A stretch of 64,000 nt of DNA, taken from the NCBI RefSeq assembly GCF_000143415.4, contig NW_003314313.1, forward strand, positions 1,255,879 to 1,319,878. The letters are read 5' to 3'. Source of the stretch: Selaginella moellendorffii. Lineage: Eukaryota > Plantae > Lycopodiophyta. The notes under the pieces are model-generated. The model saw nothing but the letters and a program-made list of their open reading frames with translations, had not been told where the DNA came from and ran no database searches. Both the position numbers and the translations under genes were made by a program. Below are positions 37,501 through 50,288 of this stretch, one piece after another (the stretch's first letter is position 1; the number at the start of each line of letters is the position of its first letter).

Positions 37501-39482
37501 TGGTGAGCCTTCGGGGTCAAACCATAGACAAATATTGGCCAGGTGCCAAGGATGGGAATGTTAATACCTACGGGTGTTACTTTATAAAAGGGTTTACCAT
37601 TCGATGAGGACATCGAACTTCGTCTATGGGTGGTGGAGTTGTGAGACACAAAATCCCTAGGCCCCAAAGTGGAGCTGGAAAGGGTGCCACGTGGTAGTGG
37701 CTGAAGCAAAAGCCAAACGAGCGTGACCCGTTTGGACTAAAAGCTCCAACTTGGAAGGTCGAGAGCGGGAGTGGAACTCCCAACAAAGTGCTTGAGGAAC
37801 AAGCACAAAGCGACCAATAAGCGAGGCTCCAAAAAGGGACCCAAAAGGACCAACACATGACACGTGGAAGTGTCCGAGATGGGGTCCAAGATGGACCAAG
37901 ATGGAGTCCGAGATGGAGTCCGAGATGGAGTCCAAAGTGGAGTTCGAGATGGAGTCCGAGATGGACCGAGATGGAGTCCGAGATGGAGTCCGAAGTGGAG
38001 TCCGAGATGGAGTCCGAAGTGGAGTCTGAGATGGAGTCTGAAGTGGAGTCCGAGATGGAGTCCGAGATGGACCGAGATGGAGTCCGAGGTGGAGTCCGAA
38101 GTGGAGTCCGAGATGGAGTCCGAGATGGACCGAGACGGAGTCCGAGATGGAGTCCGAGGTGGAGTCCGAGATGGAGTCCGAGATGGAGTCCGAAGTGGAG
38201 TCTGAGATGGAGTCCGAGATGGACCGAGACGGAGTTCGAGATGGACCCGAGATGGAATCCGAGATGGAGTCCGAGAAGGACCCGAGATGGAGTCCGAGGT
38301 GGAGACTGAGACCGGGACCGAGACCAAGACCGAGACCGAGACCGAGACCGGGACCGAGACCGAGACCAAAGACCGGGACCGAGACCGAGACCGAGGCAGA
38401 GGCCGAGACCGAGCCCGAGTCCGAGCCCGAGTCCGAGTCCGAGTCTGAGTCCAAGTCCGAGTTCGAGTCCGAGTTCGAGTCTGAGAGGGTGAAAGCCCAA
38501 AGTGTTCGTCTCCCAGACCCTGGGGGGTTTGGTGAGCTCCAAAAGTATAGAAAGGGGGAGGACTGCAGTGGAGCCAGTTTGGCCAGGAAAGGCCAGTTTG
38601 GCTCGGGAAGGCCAGACCCAGTGTTGGGTGATGAACTGACCACTAGGAAGTCCAAGACTAGAGTGAATACGGACCGACAAGCGGGGTAGCTTGGTGAAGT
38701 GTTCAAGAGCTGGCTCTAGTTCCCCCGGGAGATCGACTGGCCGATGCTCCCAGTCCAAGTGTGGGTGGCACTACCTACTTGGATACCAGGCGTGGCTTAA
38801 CGGAACCTCGCTCTAAGCATGGGCTTAGAGCACCTAAAGGCGAAAGGTGGGGAGAGTACCCAGATGGCTCGCGTAAGGCCACAGTGTTCCGAAATGTTGT
38901 CCCAAAGGCCCAGACTGTGGAAAGGAAGAGGAGCAGTCCTCTGGGGTAGTGACCAAGGACATAGTCGTGTGGTGAGGAAGTCCCAGAGGACCGTGGGACT
39001 TCGTGGTCGGGCCTGTGGGCCTCGATCCAGTGGTAGTGTTGGTGAACACGGCCATGGACAGTAAAGGGACTTGGTGGGGACCAGAAAAGGGACATTGGGG
39101 GAAGGCTATTCCCCATGTCTGTCGGCATCCTAAGGATGCTAAGGAGTGGATCTGGGATGATCACTCATGAACAGATGGCCTAGTCTTTGAGAGACGAGAC
39201 TGCTATGGAGGTGGTGTCAGACCACCGGTGTGACCAAGGTGAATGGGCATGGCCTTAGCGTAACGGGCTGATATGTTGGTGGTACCTTGGAGTGTCGGTC
39301 ATGGGATCGGTCACGTGGAGCACTTGGACCAAGTGCAAAGGTTGGGTGGCAGGGATGCCATTCTCGGGGCTAGCAAGCCCAAGTTTAAAATAGGACTTAT
39401 GGAGGTTGTGAGTAAGACTCTTCCAATTGGTCAGAGGTGTGGTTAAGTGACTAAAGTAGAATGGAAAAATTAGTCGCTTACA
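31576..39482 (+). mobile_element. Complete family A element A2
   Basis: LTRs 31576-33584 and 37640-39482; TSD TCATG at 31571-31575 and 39483-39487; PBS 33588-33599; PPT before 37640. Confidence 0.95.
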
Positions 39483-39587
39483 TCATGTTGACTATTGACT
39501 AACAACCCTTACTGAGCCAAGGGGAATCAACACCTCCATTTCCACACTAAATCTACCAATCCTTCCATTGTATAGACTAGCTATTCT

Positions 39588-39830
39588 ATGTGAGGTAACT
39601 AATCATCCACCCATACCGCAGTCCCACGGTGGATACCTTCGTCTGTGGATACTCCACACAAGAGGAACCATGTGAGGTAATTAGTCATCCACCTATACCG
39701 TAGTCCCACGGTGGATACCTTCGTCTATGGATACTCCACACAAGAGGAACCATGTGAGGTAACTAGTCATCCACCCGTACCGCAGTCCCACGGTGGATAC
39801 CTTCATCTGTGGATACTCCACACAAGAGGA
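39588..39830. repeat. Three 82-bp tandem repeats inside TRIM C
   Basis: Units start at 39588, 39670 and 39752. Confidence 0.9.
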
Positions 39831-40894
39831 AGGACGTACGCATGGATGCCCAATACGTACGATTTCAAATTTAGGTGTAGGAATATACCTTGCTCAAGGG
39901 TATATTATATTTTTAAGTAGCCACTAATCAATGGGAATCGAACCCATGTCATTTGCTTCGATACCAATTGTAGCGCACTTTATCTCTCTCCCCTTAAGCC
40001 AATTGGAAAAGGGGCAATTGTTTGATGAGAGAGCCTTTAGTGGCTATTTTATCCCCATTTATCCCCCAAGGTTCCAAAGATCCACGGTGACAGTATATCC
40101 AAATCTCATCCTATGATCACATGCGCTACAGAGATGGAGTTTGAGAAGGAATCTGAGAAGGAGTCCAAGATAGAGTTCAAGAAAGAGTCTTACAAGGAGT
40201 CCAAGAAGGAATTCGAGATGGGGACCAAAACTGGGACTAAGAATGAGACTAAGACCAAGACCGAGACTAGGATCAAAACTGACTCCGAGACCGAGACCGA
40301 GACCGGTTTAGGGTTTTGTATTCCTTCATGGTTGTATATATTAGGTGGATCGATGATATAGGCTATAATTTACCATGTTATGCAAAAGCAATGGCACAAG
40401 CTCATATACAACAAGAGCCCACAGTTAGAGAGCGTAATACTATATGAACTCCTCCTTTTATGGATGTAGATGCCAAGGAAGACTAAGTTTAGTTTTTTTT
40501 TAAGTCAAATTTTTTAGTGGTAATATAGAGTTTCTTCTTTGACTTATGACATTTATTTTCTTATTGAACTTATATTATTTAGCTTTTTCTTGGACTGAAA
40601 ATATGTCTTAAGTTTTGAATAGAATTGTTGGTTCGTCCCGAACCAATCATTTGAACATCAACTTTTGTATTTGGTGGATTATATTGACTTTCATTGACTT
40701 GAGCTCAACTCAAATACTACCCAAACCCATCATTTCCTTGTCAGTGATGGCTAGAAAGTGTTTGAGTTGGTAGTGCATCTACATTAGACAAAAAAATTAC
40801 CCTAACTCATTTAAGTTGATGCATTTCTTACAAAGTGTGAATATTATGAACTTTTTTAAAGTTGTTTCCTTGGCAGTGTTCTAGACTAAAGTAT

Positions 40895-41520
40895 GTATTG
40901 ACGAGGACATTGATCTTCCCTAAAGGGGGGAAAGTGTCACAAATGTGACTTTGGGTATTGAAAGTTACCTATCGGCTAGTCCTTTCAGATATTCTTTCCT
41001 TACTACCACGATGGCAAGAGGTCGATATTACTGGACTCTTTATCAATCTCTACTTAAGCTAGTTGAGAAACTAGTTATCACATGTGCACTTAGACCGGAA
41101 GGGCACTAATGAAGGAAATCCTAAATTGTCATTTAGTGAAGCATACTTGACACAGTGATGAGAAACTCATGTTGTTGACTTACACTTACTAGTGTTGAAA
41201 ACCCCTGTGATATTGAGATTGGTCCCTCAATACTCACTAAATGATAAGTTACCATATTTGCCAAACACCTTCGCTATCATACACCTTGTGTTAGTATTAT
41301 TCGGTCATAAATGTTATTTATGGAAAGTGTCTAGATCTACTTATTTGGCATATTTACGGAATGTAGAGATTGTCCTGAACACAATGGTGTTAGTCCCGTA
41401 TCCAAATTCACAATCTAGGGACATTCCATATTTAGTAAGTTTCAAGTTAATCTTAGAGACTAACTTCTGGTACTAAGGGTGGCTGAGGGTGAAAGCCTAA
41501 AGCATATGTTCCTTGAGTAT
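40895..41520 (+). mobile_element. Possible very old LTR remnant
   Basis: PPT-like aaaggggggaaag followed by TGTCAC at 40935; gagggtgaaagcctaaagc near 41486 resembles the A/B LTR motif. Confidence 0.35.
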
Positions 41521-42802
41521 AACCGACTAACCTAAGGCATAATTTAACTTCCACTTGCATGCTTATCTTTGTTTTATATTCAGCTTGGGTCTAAGCCCAA
41601 GTTCCACACTATGCTCATTGGTGGAGTACCTATATCCTTGCGTTAGACCACCGGTATGCTGAAATAGCGCCAAACTCCATTTGGCTCTGTTTTGCATGTT
41701 AATCTTATCATTAAGATGTTGGATGCTTTAGGACTATTTCAAGTCATTCCATGTTTTTGTCTTTATTCTTCTTAAGTTGTATGGTTGAGAATTGCTCTAT
41801 GCTCCGGTTCTGTCATTCCTTGGCTCCATGCTTGGGAGTTTAGCTCTATTCCTTCATTCAGTGGCCCAATGCTCTAAAACTCAAGTTCTACTCCGCTGTC
41901 CTTAGACACATGGGATGTGGCATATGGCACATGGATGGTTTAGGTACCACTTTATGGTTATTCTATGGTATGAAATACAAAGTAAAAACCACATGCATTA
42001 CAATGATCATATGTACTACACATGGAGAAGAAGGAAAAGGATAGGAGGAAGAGAAACCAGGAAGAGGAGAAGATCCAAAATGATAACATGCCCTAAGTCC
42101 ATACATACACATCTTATGTCACTCTTGTGTTCGTTATATATAAAATGACTCTTAACATATGACTTATGTTATTGGCTTGCATTTGCTAATGTTGGGATCC
42201 CTCAAGATATTGAGTCTACTCCCTCAATATTTATTAGATGATAGTTTACCATGTCTTCCTTGGTATCATCCCTAAAATAAGATTAAATAGAATATTATTT
42301 TCACAATTTGTTTCAATGGTTTTATATATAATTAGCTGAGAAATATGTTTTAAAGTATTATTTGCTATAAAAAGTGTTATTCAGATTATATTATATTAAT
42401 AATTTATTTTATTTAGTTATGGTTTTGAATTAGTAATTATTAACTACAAGTTCAATTTATCTCAAAATTTATTGATCTTTAATTATTAATAATTTGCTAT
42501 AAAATCCAAGACTTGGTATTTTCTTTACTCTAGCATTAAAATATGAGCAGCTTGTATGGATCTCACTTAAGTGTTAGCAGACAAGCATAGTTTACAAAAT
42601 AATTCATGAGAGCATTTAGGATTGGGGGCTGAACAAGGATCAGCGAATTAGGAGCATTTCTGATGAGGATAGGACAACCAAGGAGCACTAGGCCATGGCA
42701 GTTTGGCTGTGGCATCTGGCACTGCTGGCACATAGCCATGGCTGCCATGACACCCCTTTTTTTTGCTTTCTTGGCCCTTGTGTAGCCATAGTGCCATGAG
42801 GT

Positions 42803-42918
42803 GGGGACGCTAGAATGGCTCTGGAGCTGTTCGGGAAGATGCTACTTCAAGGAGGCTGTGATCCAGATGCCCGGGTCGCTGCACTCAAACCTGCACCCAT
42901 CTCATCATGAAAGAAGAA
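42803..42918 (+). pseudogene. Pentatricopeptide-repeat (PPR) gene fragment
   Basis: Translates as GDARMALELFGKMLLQGGCDPDARVAALK, a PLS-class PPR-like ALELF..M...G..PD motif; frameshifted. Confidence 0.65.
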
Positions 42919-43265
42919 CAGTGTTTCCAACCTTTTACAAAGCTGGAAATTATTTTAATCCACGAGGTTGAAGGAAAGGAAGTACTTTTAGCACCTCCTC
43001 CCTAGTACAGAGTACCAGCTCCCTGGCAATTCAGGTCAACAGCTCCACCTTGGCAGTCACAACGATGAACTTTGCTTTTTGTTCTAATGAACTTTGTTTT
43101 TTATAAACCACTATGGATAGCATTTCAAATTATAATTTTTCTTGACCCATCACAAAAAAAAAACTTTTTTTTTTTGAAAACCTTTATACCATAGTTGACT
43201 GACGAAAAGAAACGTTGAGGCATATTCCTTTTAATCACCACCGCACAATTAGGTTTAGGGCAGTC

Positions 43266-45044
43266 ATGGCAACAATCACTTGCAAAGGGAAGGCGCTGGA
43301 ATTCGGCAGTGGCTGTACGCTTGGAGCGATTCTGCAGGTTCTAGGCCGTAAGTTCGGGGAGTCCAGCGAAAGCCCCCCATGTGTGTATTCCTCTAGTGGC
43401 AAGATCTTCCTTGCCCCTGATGAACTTGTCCCTGATGGGGATTACACATACATTGGCAATACAAGTTTGTTGAATCCGTGTTGCTCTCCTTCAAGCCAGG
43501 GCTACAACGTTGTCATGGCAAGACAGATGGTGCCAGATCCGCAGGTTCTCAGCTTCATGCCTGCCACTGCAGTACCCCCATTACCGTTACAGCTGATGCA
43601 CAAAGTCTTTGGACGTTTTATCAGCGACTTGAGGGGAGAATTGCCTGATCCCACCATGGCCGACTACATGCACTTCAATGACTTGGTAACTGCCTGCTCC
43701 ACTTTCTACGACCACGAGAGCGACCTGAGGACCGAACTGCGGCAAATATGGCGGGGGTACCTCGAGGTGAACGTTGCCGACAAGATGTACACAGGTTCTT
43801 GTAATAAGCACACGACAGATCTTTGGACTTGGGATCCTCTTCACGATGCTCTTGTGCTACTTAAAGAAGTGAAGCGAGGAACATCGACGAGCCACACTGA
43901 ACCACTGATGCAGGCTGTCACCAACTACGAGCTCAACTGGAACGCAGCACGGAGGGGTGTGAAGGCGCTTATGTCTGACACCTGCTTACCAGCTCTCATC
44001 GTTCAACACATTGGTCAGCTGCTCTTAGTTGGAGGGGTTATCACGTTGCCAGCAGGTGAGCATTCCATTCATGCGGTTTTCATATACTTTTACTTTGAAT
44101 ATTCAGGTGATGGTGGTGGTGAGAAAAAGGACAAGATTTGCTATCAGCCATTGGCGTCTGCTTATCTCGCTCCGCTCCACGGACATGATGTGTCACTAGC
44201 GATGGATGGTGTGAGGACTTGCATGGCGATCAAAGCTGCAGTCGCAAGGGTGATAACTTTCTACGGGAATTGGGGCGATCGAAATTGCAAGAAAGGACCG
44301 TCCTCCAAGAGGCGTGAGCTGTTTAGGAGGAGGATTCCAGGGCTGCTGCATCGTGAAGCAGTGAAGCCGGGGGTCAGGGTGGATCTGGCGTGTGAGCACA
44401 AGCGGGTCTATATTTTGAAGAAGCCTGGAGAAGATTGTGTCATCAAGTACTGTCAGCAGGACTACGGGGCTGATGTTCATAGGGCGTGGGGTGAGGCAGG
44501 ACTTGCGCCAAAGCTTCTCTCCTTAAAACAGGTTTGGGGAGGCTGGCTTGAAGTGAGGATGGAATGGCTCCCGGAAGAAGACGGTTGGAAGCTCTTGTAT
44601 GGCCTCCCGGAGGCGGATAACCTCAGAGATGAAGTTGTTTCCAATCTGGCAAAGGCACACAAGGTTGAAGTGCGGAAGTTGAAGGGTGGAACGACTTATG
44701 GCGTCCATGGTGACATGCGGGACAGCAATGTCATGGTGAAGATGACGAATGGGCAGCTTGAGGTGCGTTTCATAGATTTCGACTGGGCCAAGGAGGAAGG
44801 CTTGCCTGGGTCGTTGTATCCCAGTTTCATCAACCATGAAGGTGTCAACTGGTCACTGGGTGTTGGGGAAGGACTGCGGATGTTGCAAGAGCATGACAAA
44901 TATCTTCTGGGACGTCCACAGGCTAAGCAAATCAAAGTGGAAGAGAAAGAAAATGATGATGAGGATGATGATGAAGATGATGATGATGAGGATGATGGGG
45001 ATAGTGACTATATGGAACCGAATAGGAAAAAGCTGAGGTTCTAA
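43266..45044 (+). CDS. Crinkler-like protein: small N-terminal header, PD-(D/E)xK REase-like domain, protein kinase-like domain, acidic tail and NLS
   Basis: First ATG at 43266; TTDLW..LLKEVK..QAVTNY; VIKY, HGDMRDSNVMV, FIDFDWA; D/E tail then PNRKKLRF. Probable in-frame 51-nt intron at 44056-44106 (GTGAGC...TTCAG). Confidence 0.75.
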   Translation: MATITCKGKALEFGSGCTLGAILQVLGRKFGESSESPPCVYSSSGKIFLAPDELVPDGDYTYIGNTSLLNPCCSPSSQGYNVVMARQMVPDPQVLSFMPATAVPPLPLQLMHKVFGRFISDLRGELPDPTMADYMHFNDLVTACSTFYDHESDLRTELRQIWRGYLEVNVADKMYTGSCNKHTTDLWTWDPLHDALVLLKEVKRGTSTSHTEPLMQAVTNYELNWNAARRGVKALMSDTCLPALIVQHIGQLLLVGGVITLPAGEHSIHAVFIYFYFEYSGDGGGEKKDKICYQPLASAYLAPLHGHDVSLAMDGVRTCMAIKAAVARVITFYGNWGDRNCKKGPSSKRRELFRRRIPGLLHREAVKPGVRVDLACEHKRVYILKKPGEDCVIKYCQQDYGADVHRAWGEAGLAPKLLSLKQVWGGWLEVRMEWLPEEDGWKLLYGLPEADNLRDEVVSNLAKAHKVEVRKLKGGTTYGVHGDMRDSNVMVKMTNGQLEVRFIDFDWAKEEGLPGSLYPSFINHEGVNWSLGVGEGLRMLQEHDKYLLGRPQAKQIKVEEKENDDEDDDEDDDDEDDGDSDYMEPNRKKLRF

Positions 45045-46668
45045 ATTGGCTCTTACTCATTGATTAAATCAGGATTAGCTTCATACCACAACTTTATTGT
45101 ATTGTCTTTAATGTTCGAGGAGTTCATCTTTACATGCACATAAGAAAAGGCCTTTTAAATCAGTCTCAAAACCTAAGAACAAGAGAGGGTTTCATGGCCA
45201 ATGTCTATACAGATTCTGTGCTTCAATTCCCAGATTTATTATCCACTAGGTGATGATCTCTTGCCCCAGCTAGCATTTACCATCTAGACTGGAAATAGTT
45301 GAAGTTGAGTTTTGATCGATGCAGTATTTATGGCATGACATGGAGATGCACACATATTCCCTTGATCCAGGTGGGAAGAATCATCAATAAGAGACACGGC
45401 TATAAAAGGAAGAGGATGACAACAGTAGTCTCATGCCTCTTGAAGCATTTAGGAATGTTTAAAATGTTTACTTGTGTAGATGAGTGTTGCACTCAGAGTG
45501 ATTTATAGAGCTTTGATTGTAGCTCACAACTGACCTTTGGAAACAGCACATCCCTAAACAATCTGTTTAACTTGCAGCTCACTAGGTTCTTGATTGGAGG
45601 AATCTATGAGATATAGAACCTCCTACCTTTGGTTTTGGCTCAGACTTTGCCAAGTCAAAACATCCAGAGTGTTCACAGGTCTGCATAGAGGGGATGTCGT
45701 TCTGGACACAGTACTACAGCCATTCTCATTGCAAGTTTAGGCCCGCTTTTGCTTCACTAGGTAGTTCTCTCTAGAGGGCAGTACATCTGGTTTTTTGTAT
45801 TAGTCCCTATAGGACATTTCCTCAAAACAACTATAGAGTTGCTGCAACCCAAATAAATTCTTTACAAGCTCCAACCTCCCAACTCTTAAGGTAAATCCCC
45901 TAGGCCAATATTATTGTTTTTTATGTCATTCTTCTATCCCTTATAAAAAAGCCATATATAGTATCCTTTAGAAGCTAAATAAGCCTTACATGAAGGGAAT
46001 CCAAAGCAATATGGCCATGGAGAAAAGATGTACAAACAACAACATTGATATTGTGATAAATGGCTATGAAAAAAAGAAAGAAATAGGCATTTTCACATGA
46101 TAATATAATTATGAACAAAAGAATGAGAATAGAGTAAATGACTCAAACCATATAACAATATGGCTATAAAACTCAATTCTCCCTCCTGAGAAATATCATT
46201 TAATTCATAACTAGAACTTAGAAATACTCTCTTCATATCATCTATAGTTTCCCATATAGCCTTATTCATGGAATATTCATTCCATTAAATCAACAACTCC
46301 CAAGTTATTTTGCAGTATAACTTCACCAACCTTTGAATAAGAAAATTGGCTAAACCAACCTTCTTAACATTAATCTCTAGGACCTGGATGATGAATTAAT
46401 CCATGACATCACTAGAGTGCAAATATGCTTTAAATTTGTTCATATAAAAAATTGGATGAATCTCTGAACTAATTGGCAAGTTTAAAGTGTAAGTAAGATC
46501 TCCTATGCACTACAAAATTATCTAGTGCTCACAATACCATAGAGATAATTTAACATTGCCACCTCCTTTCAAAGATTATTGTGCATGCAATAGCTTAAGG
46601 AAGACTTTGTCACCAACTTTATACTCTTATGAAGATGATGCTTATAAGTCAGTCTCTTCTCTCAAACA

Positions 46669-47335
46669 AGGAGGATAGCTTTGCACTTTTTACCATGCCT
46701 TAGCAAATATTTTTAGGGATGAACCTACCCAATAGCCTAGGGAGTGGTTCCCCAATCTGGGTATACTCACCTTATAATCCCACACACTAGGATTAATGTT
46801 GCTACATATAGACCTCCATATGCCCATCACTAGCTTTGCCAAAATCCCATTTTTGGCTTTCTCCAAATCGGGTAGACGGATTCCTCCCGTCTTCACAACC
46901 TTGGACGTTTGAATGGCACCTCCCATTCATCATTCGCTAGGGACTTAGTCCCTTGGGCATTATTTAATACCCTTGCGACACCAAACACCACTTCCTAGTG
47001 TTTTAGAGTGTTTGGGTGTCCCAATAATGGTCTTCTTTAGCAATGAGCATTCCCTTTACGATATTGACTTACTATATCGCAACATAAGCAGCTTCTCCCC
47101 CATAAGGGTATATCTAACTCCCTTATCCCAAAAGTATTAGGTAGCTACCTTCTGCCAGTTTAACCAATTATTTTGCACCTTTTGCTTAGTTATCTCATAG
47201 TTGTCAAGTCCTACAACTCATTGCTTGGTGCTTCCACACCTCTATCATTAACTGGGTCACCACACTCCGACCGCATGCCTTCTAGCTTAGGCCATGTCAT
47301 TCCCATTTCCATTAGGATTCCTCTGGGAAGGGGTT
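46669..47335 (-). mobile_element. Old family A internal fragment
   Basis: Diverged reverse-complement match to A1 at about 9765-10430. Confidence 0.85.
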
Positions 47336-50288
47336 TGTGAGACACAAAATCCCTAGGCCCCAAAGTGGAGCCGGAAAGGGTGCCACGTGGTAGTGGCCGA
47401 AGCGAAAGCCAAACGAGCATAACACATTTGGACTAAAAGCTCTGACTTGAGAGGTTGAGAGCAGGAGTGGAACTCCCAACAAAGTGCTCGAGGAACAAGC
47501 ACGAAGCGAGCAATAAGCGAGGCTCCAAAATGGGACCCAAAAGGACTGAGACGGAGTCCGAGATGGAGTCTGAGATGGAGTCCAAGATGGAGTCCGAAGT
47601 GGAGTCCAAGATGGACCGAGACGGAGTCCGAGATGGAGTCCGAGATGGAGCTGAGATGGAGTCCGAGATGGAGCCCGAGAAGGACCCGAGATGGAGTCCG
47701 AGGTCAAGACCAAGACTGGGACCGAGACCGGGACCGAGACCGAGATCGGGACCGAGACCAAGACCGGGACTGAGACCGAGACCGAGACCAGGACCGAGAC
47801 CGAGACCGAGGCAGAGGCCGAGACCGAGCCCGAGCCCGAGTCCAAGTCCGAGTCCGAGTCTGAGTCTGAGTCTGAGTCCGAGTCCGAGTCTGAGTCCAAG
47901 TTCGAGTCCGAGTTCGAGTTTGAGAGGGTGAAAGCCCAAAGCGTTCATCTCCCAGACCCTGGGGGGTTTGGTGAGCTCCAAAAGTATAGTAAGGGGGAGG
48001 ACTGCAGTGGAGCCAGTTTGGCCAGGAAAGGCTAGTTTGGCTCGGGAAGGCCAGACCCAGTGTTGGGTGATGAACTGACCACTGGGAAGTCCAAGACTAG
48101 AGTGAATACGGACCGACAAGCGGGGTAGCTTGGTGAAGTGTTCAAGAGCCGGCTCTAGTTCCCCCGGGAGATCAACTGGCCGATGCTCCCAGTCCAAGTA
48201 TGGGTGGCACTACCTACTTGGATACTAGGCATGGCTCAACGGAACCTCGCTCTAAGCCCATGGCTAGAGCACCCAAGGGCGGAAGGTGGGGAGAGTACCC
48301 ACGGGGCTCGCGTAGGCCCACGGTGTTCTGAAATGTTGTCCCGGAGTCCCAAATGGGGGAAAGGAGGAGGAGCAATCCTCTAGTGTAGTGACTAAGGATA
48401 CAGTCACATGGTGAGGAAGTCCCAGAGGACCATGGGACTTAGTGGTCGGGCCGGTGGGCCTTGATCTAGTGGCAGTGTCGGCGAACATGGCCATGGACAG
48501 AAAAGGGACTTGGTGGGGACTAGAAAAGGGACATTGGGGGAAGGTTATTCCCCATGTCTGTGGGCATCCTAAAGATGCTAAGGAGTGGATCTGGGATGAT
48601 CACTCATGAACGGATGGCCCAGTCTTTGAGAGACGGGACTATGATGGAGGTGGTGTCAGACCACCGGTGTGACCAAGGTCAATGGGCATGGCCTTAGCGT
48701 AACGGGCTGATATGTTGGTGGTACCTTAGAGTGTCGGTCATGGGATCGGTCACGTGGAGAACTTGGACCAAGTGCAAAGGTTGAGTGGCGAGGATGCTAT
48801 TCTCGGGGCTAGCAAGCCCAAGTTTGAAATAGGACTTATGGAGGTTGTGAGTGAGACTCCTCCAAGTGGTCGGAGGTGTGGTTAAGTGACTAAAGTAGAA
48901 TGGAAAAATTAGTCGCTTACAACTTGGTATCGGAGCTGTTCCTTAGTCTGACTTTTATTGGTGCTCAAGTATATCACCATTGACATTAGCATTGGAAGGT
49001 CCTAGAAATGGGCCTATCCTTGAGGAGTAGCATGTCGAGAGGACATGGCTCTCCACTCAAGTTCATGCGTGAACTTGGGCGCAAGGTGGTGAATAGAAAA
49101 GGGGCTAGTAAGGGAACGACTTTGGGATCTTGGGAACAGTATAAGGGTTTCCTCAGAAAGTTGAGGATGTGATCCAGATAAGCGTTTGACTTAGCAAACA
49201 AGCCAACGTAGTGTGGTAAACAACTATAGTTGGGATCACGGGAAAGATGCAGACTCCAAAACAATAAAGGAGTCACAAGATTACCTTTATATAGTTGAGG
49301 TTGGTACTCATAAATTTGAGACCAGAATTGTTGACCGTGGGAGGTCAAATACAGAAGAGGACACCAGTCCTTGAAATGGTAGCCGGGGCTACCTCTAATA
49401 AATGCTGGAACAACCCAAGGAGTTGGGGGGTGTACTTAGAGATGAGTTGGTATTCTCATCATATGGACAAATAGTCCTAAGGGGCAAAGGTTGCCCCCAG
49501 AGAACAAAATCAAAGTGTTAGAGTAACACTTGGGAAAATAGTCCTTGTGAGTAGGACATGAATGCAAAAAGTTGTATTCCAATGAGCTGGTGCCTCACAA
49601 GTAGGACCTTACGGGTCCGTGGATTAACCAAGTCCAAAACTGCTGGATGACTCAAGTAGAGTCAAGGAATGGTCCTAAAGGACTGATGGAAGCATTTGGA
49701 CTAAGGTGTGTTGTACCCCACAAAGGATGGGGGGGATCATAGGATCTAAGGATGAGAACAGAGGGTATCTCATTGATGGCAGAATGTGCCATGCTAAAGT
49801 TGTGGGAAAGGTGTTCCCCAAAAAGAAAACAACTTTGGCATAGAGTTGTATGTGCACTATGGTGCAGTGCTAACTGATAGTTGGCATGAAAAATGACTCC
49901 TTTAGACTTGGCAAAGACCTAGACACAAGTAAGAAGTGTCATAGAGGTAGGCTCGTGGAGCCGATGGTGTGGAGACACCAAATGTGCCAAAGTGTGATAC
50001 CTTGAGGTTATGATGGTGGGTTCATAAGAACCCTTTACCAAGGGAATCCTAACAGAAGTGGGAATAGCATGGCCTAAGCTGGAAGGCATGCGGTTGGAGT
50101 GTGGTTTAGGGTTTAGGGTTAAACTGGTTTAAACCCTAAACCCAGATAATGATGGAGGTGTGGAAGCACCAAGCAATGAGTTGTAGGACTTGACAACTAT
50201 GGGGCAACTAAGCAAGAGGTGTAAAGATAATTGGTTAAATGGGTAGAAGGTAGCTACCCAAGACTTCTAAATGGCATAAGGAAGTTAG
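47336..50288 (+). mobile_element. Family A element A3 (5' LTR 47336-48921, PBS 48925-48936, partial interior), interrupted by A4
   Basis: LTR termini, PBS and interior are homologous to A1. Confidence 0.9.
50103..50143. repeat. Interstitial plant telomeric repeats in opposing orientation
   Basis: ggtttagggtttagggtt...aaaccctaaaccc; other tracts at 2400-2425, 26498-26523, 28357-28372 and 40305-40317. Confidence 0.9.

Larger units (their letters stand above)
31354..40130 (-). mobile_element. TRIM family C (~0.87 kb without its insert) containing A2
   Basis: LTRs 31354-31483 (internally deleted) and 39969-40130; TSD GAGAT at 31349-31353 and 40131-40135; PBS TGGTATCGAAGC 39955-39966(-). Confidence 0.9.

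Noticed and set aside
43215-43265. TTG start given by the ORF track
   Set aside because: Eukaryotic gene; the first ATG in good context is at 43266.
45050-46668. Coding potential in the AT-rich spacer
   Set aside because: No supportable ORF or motif.
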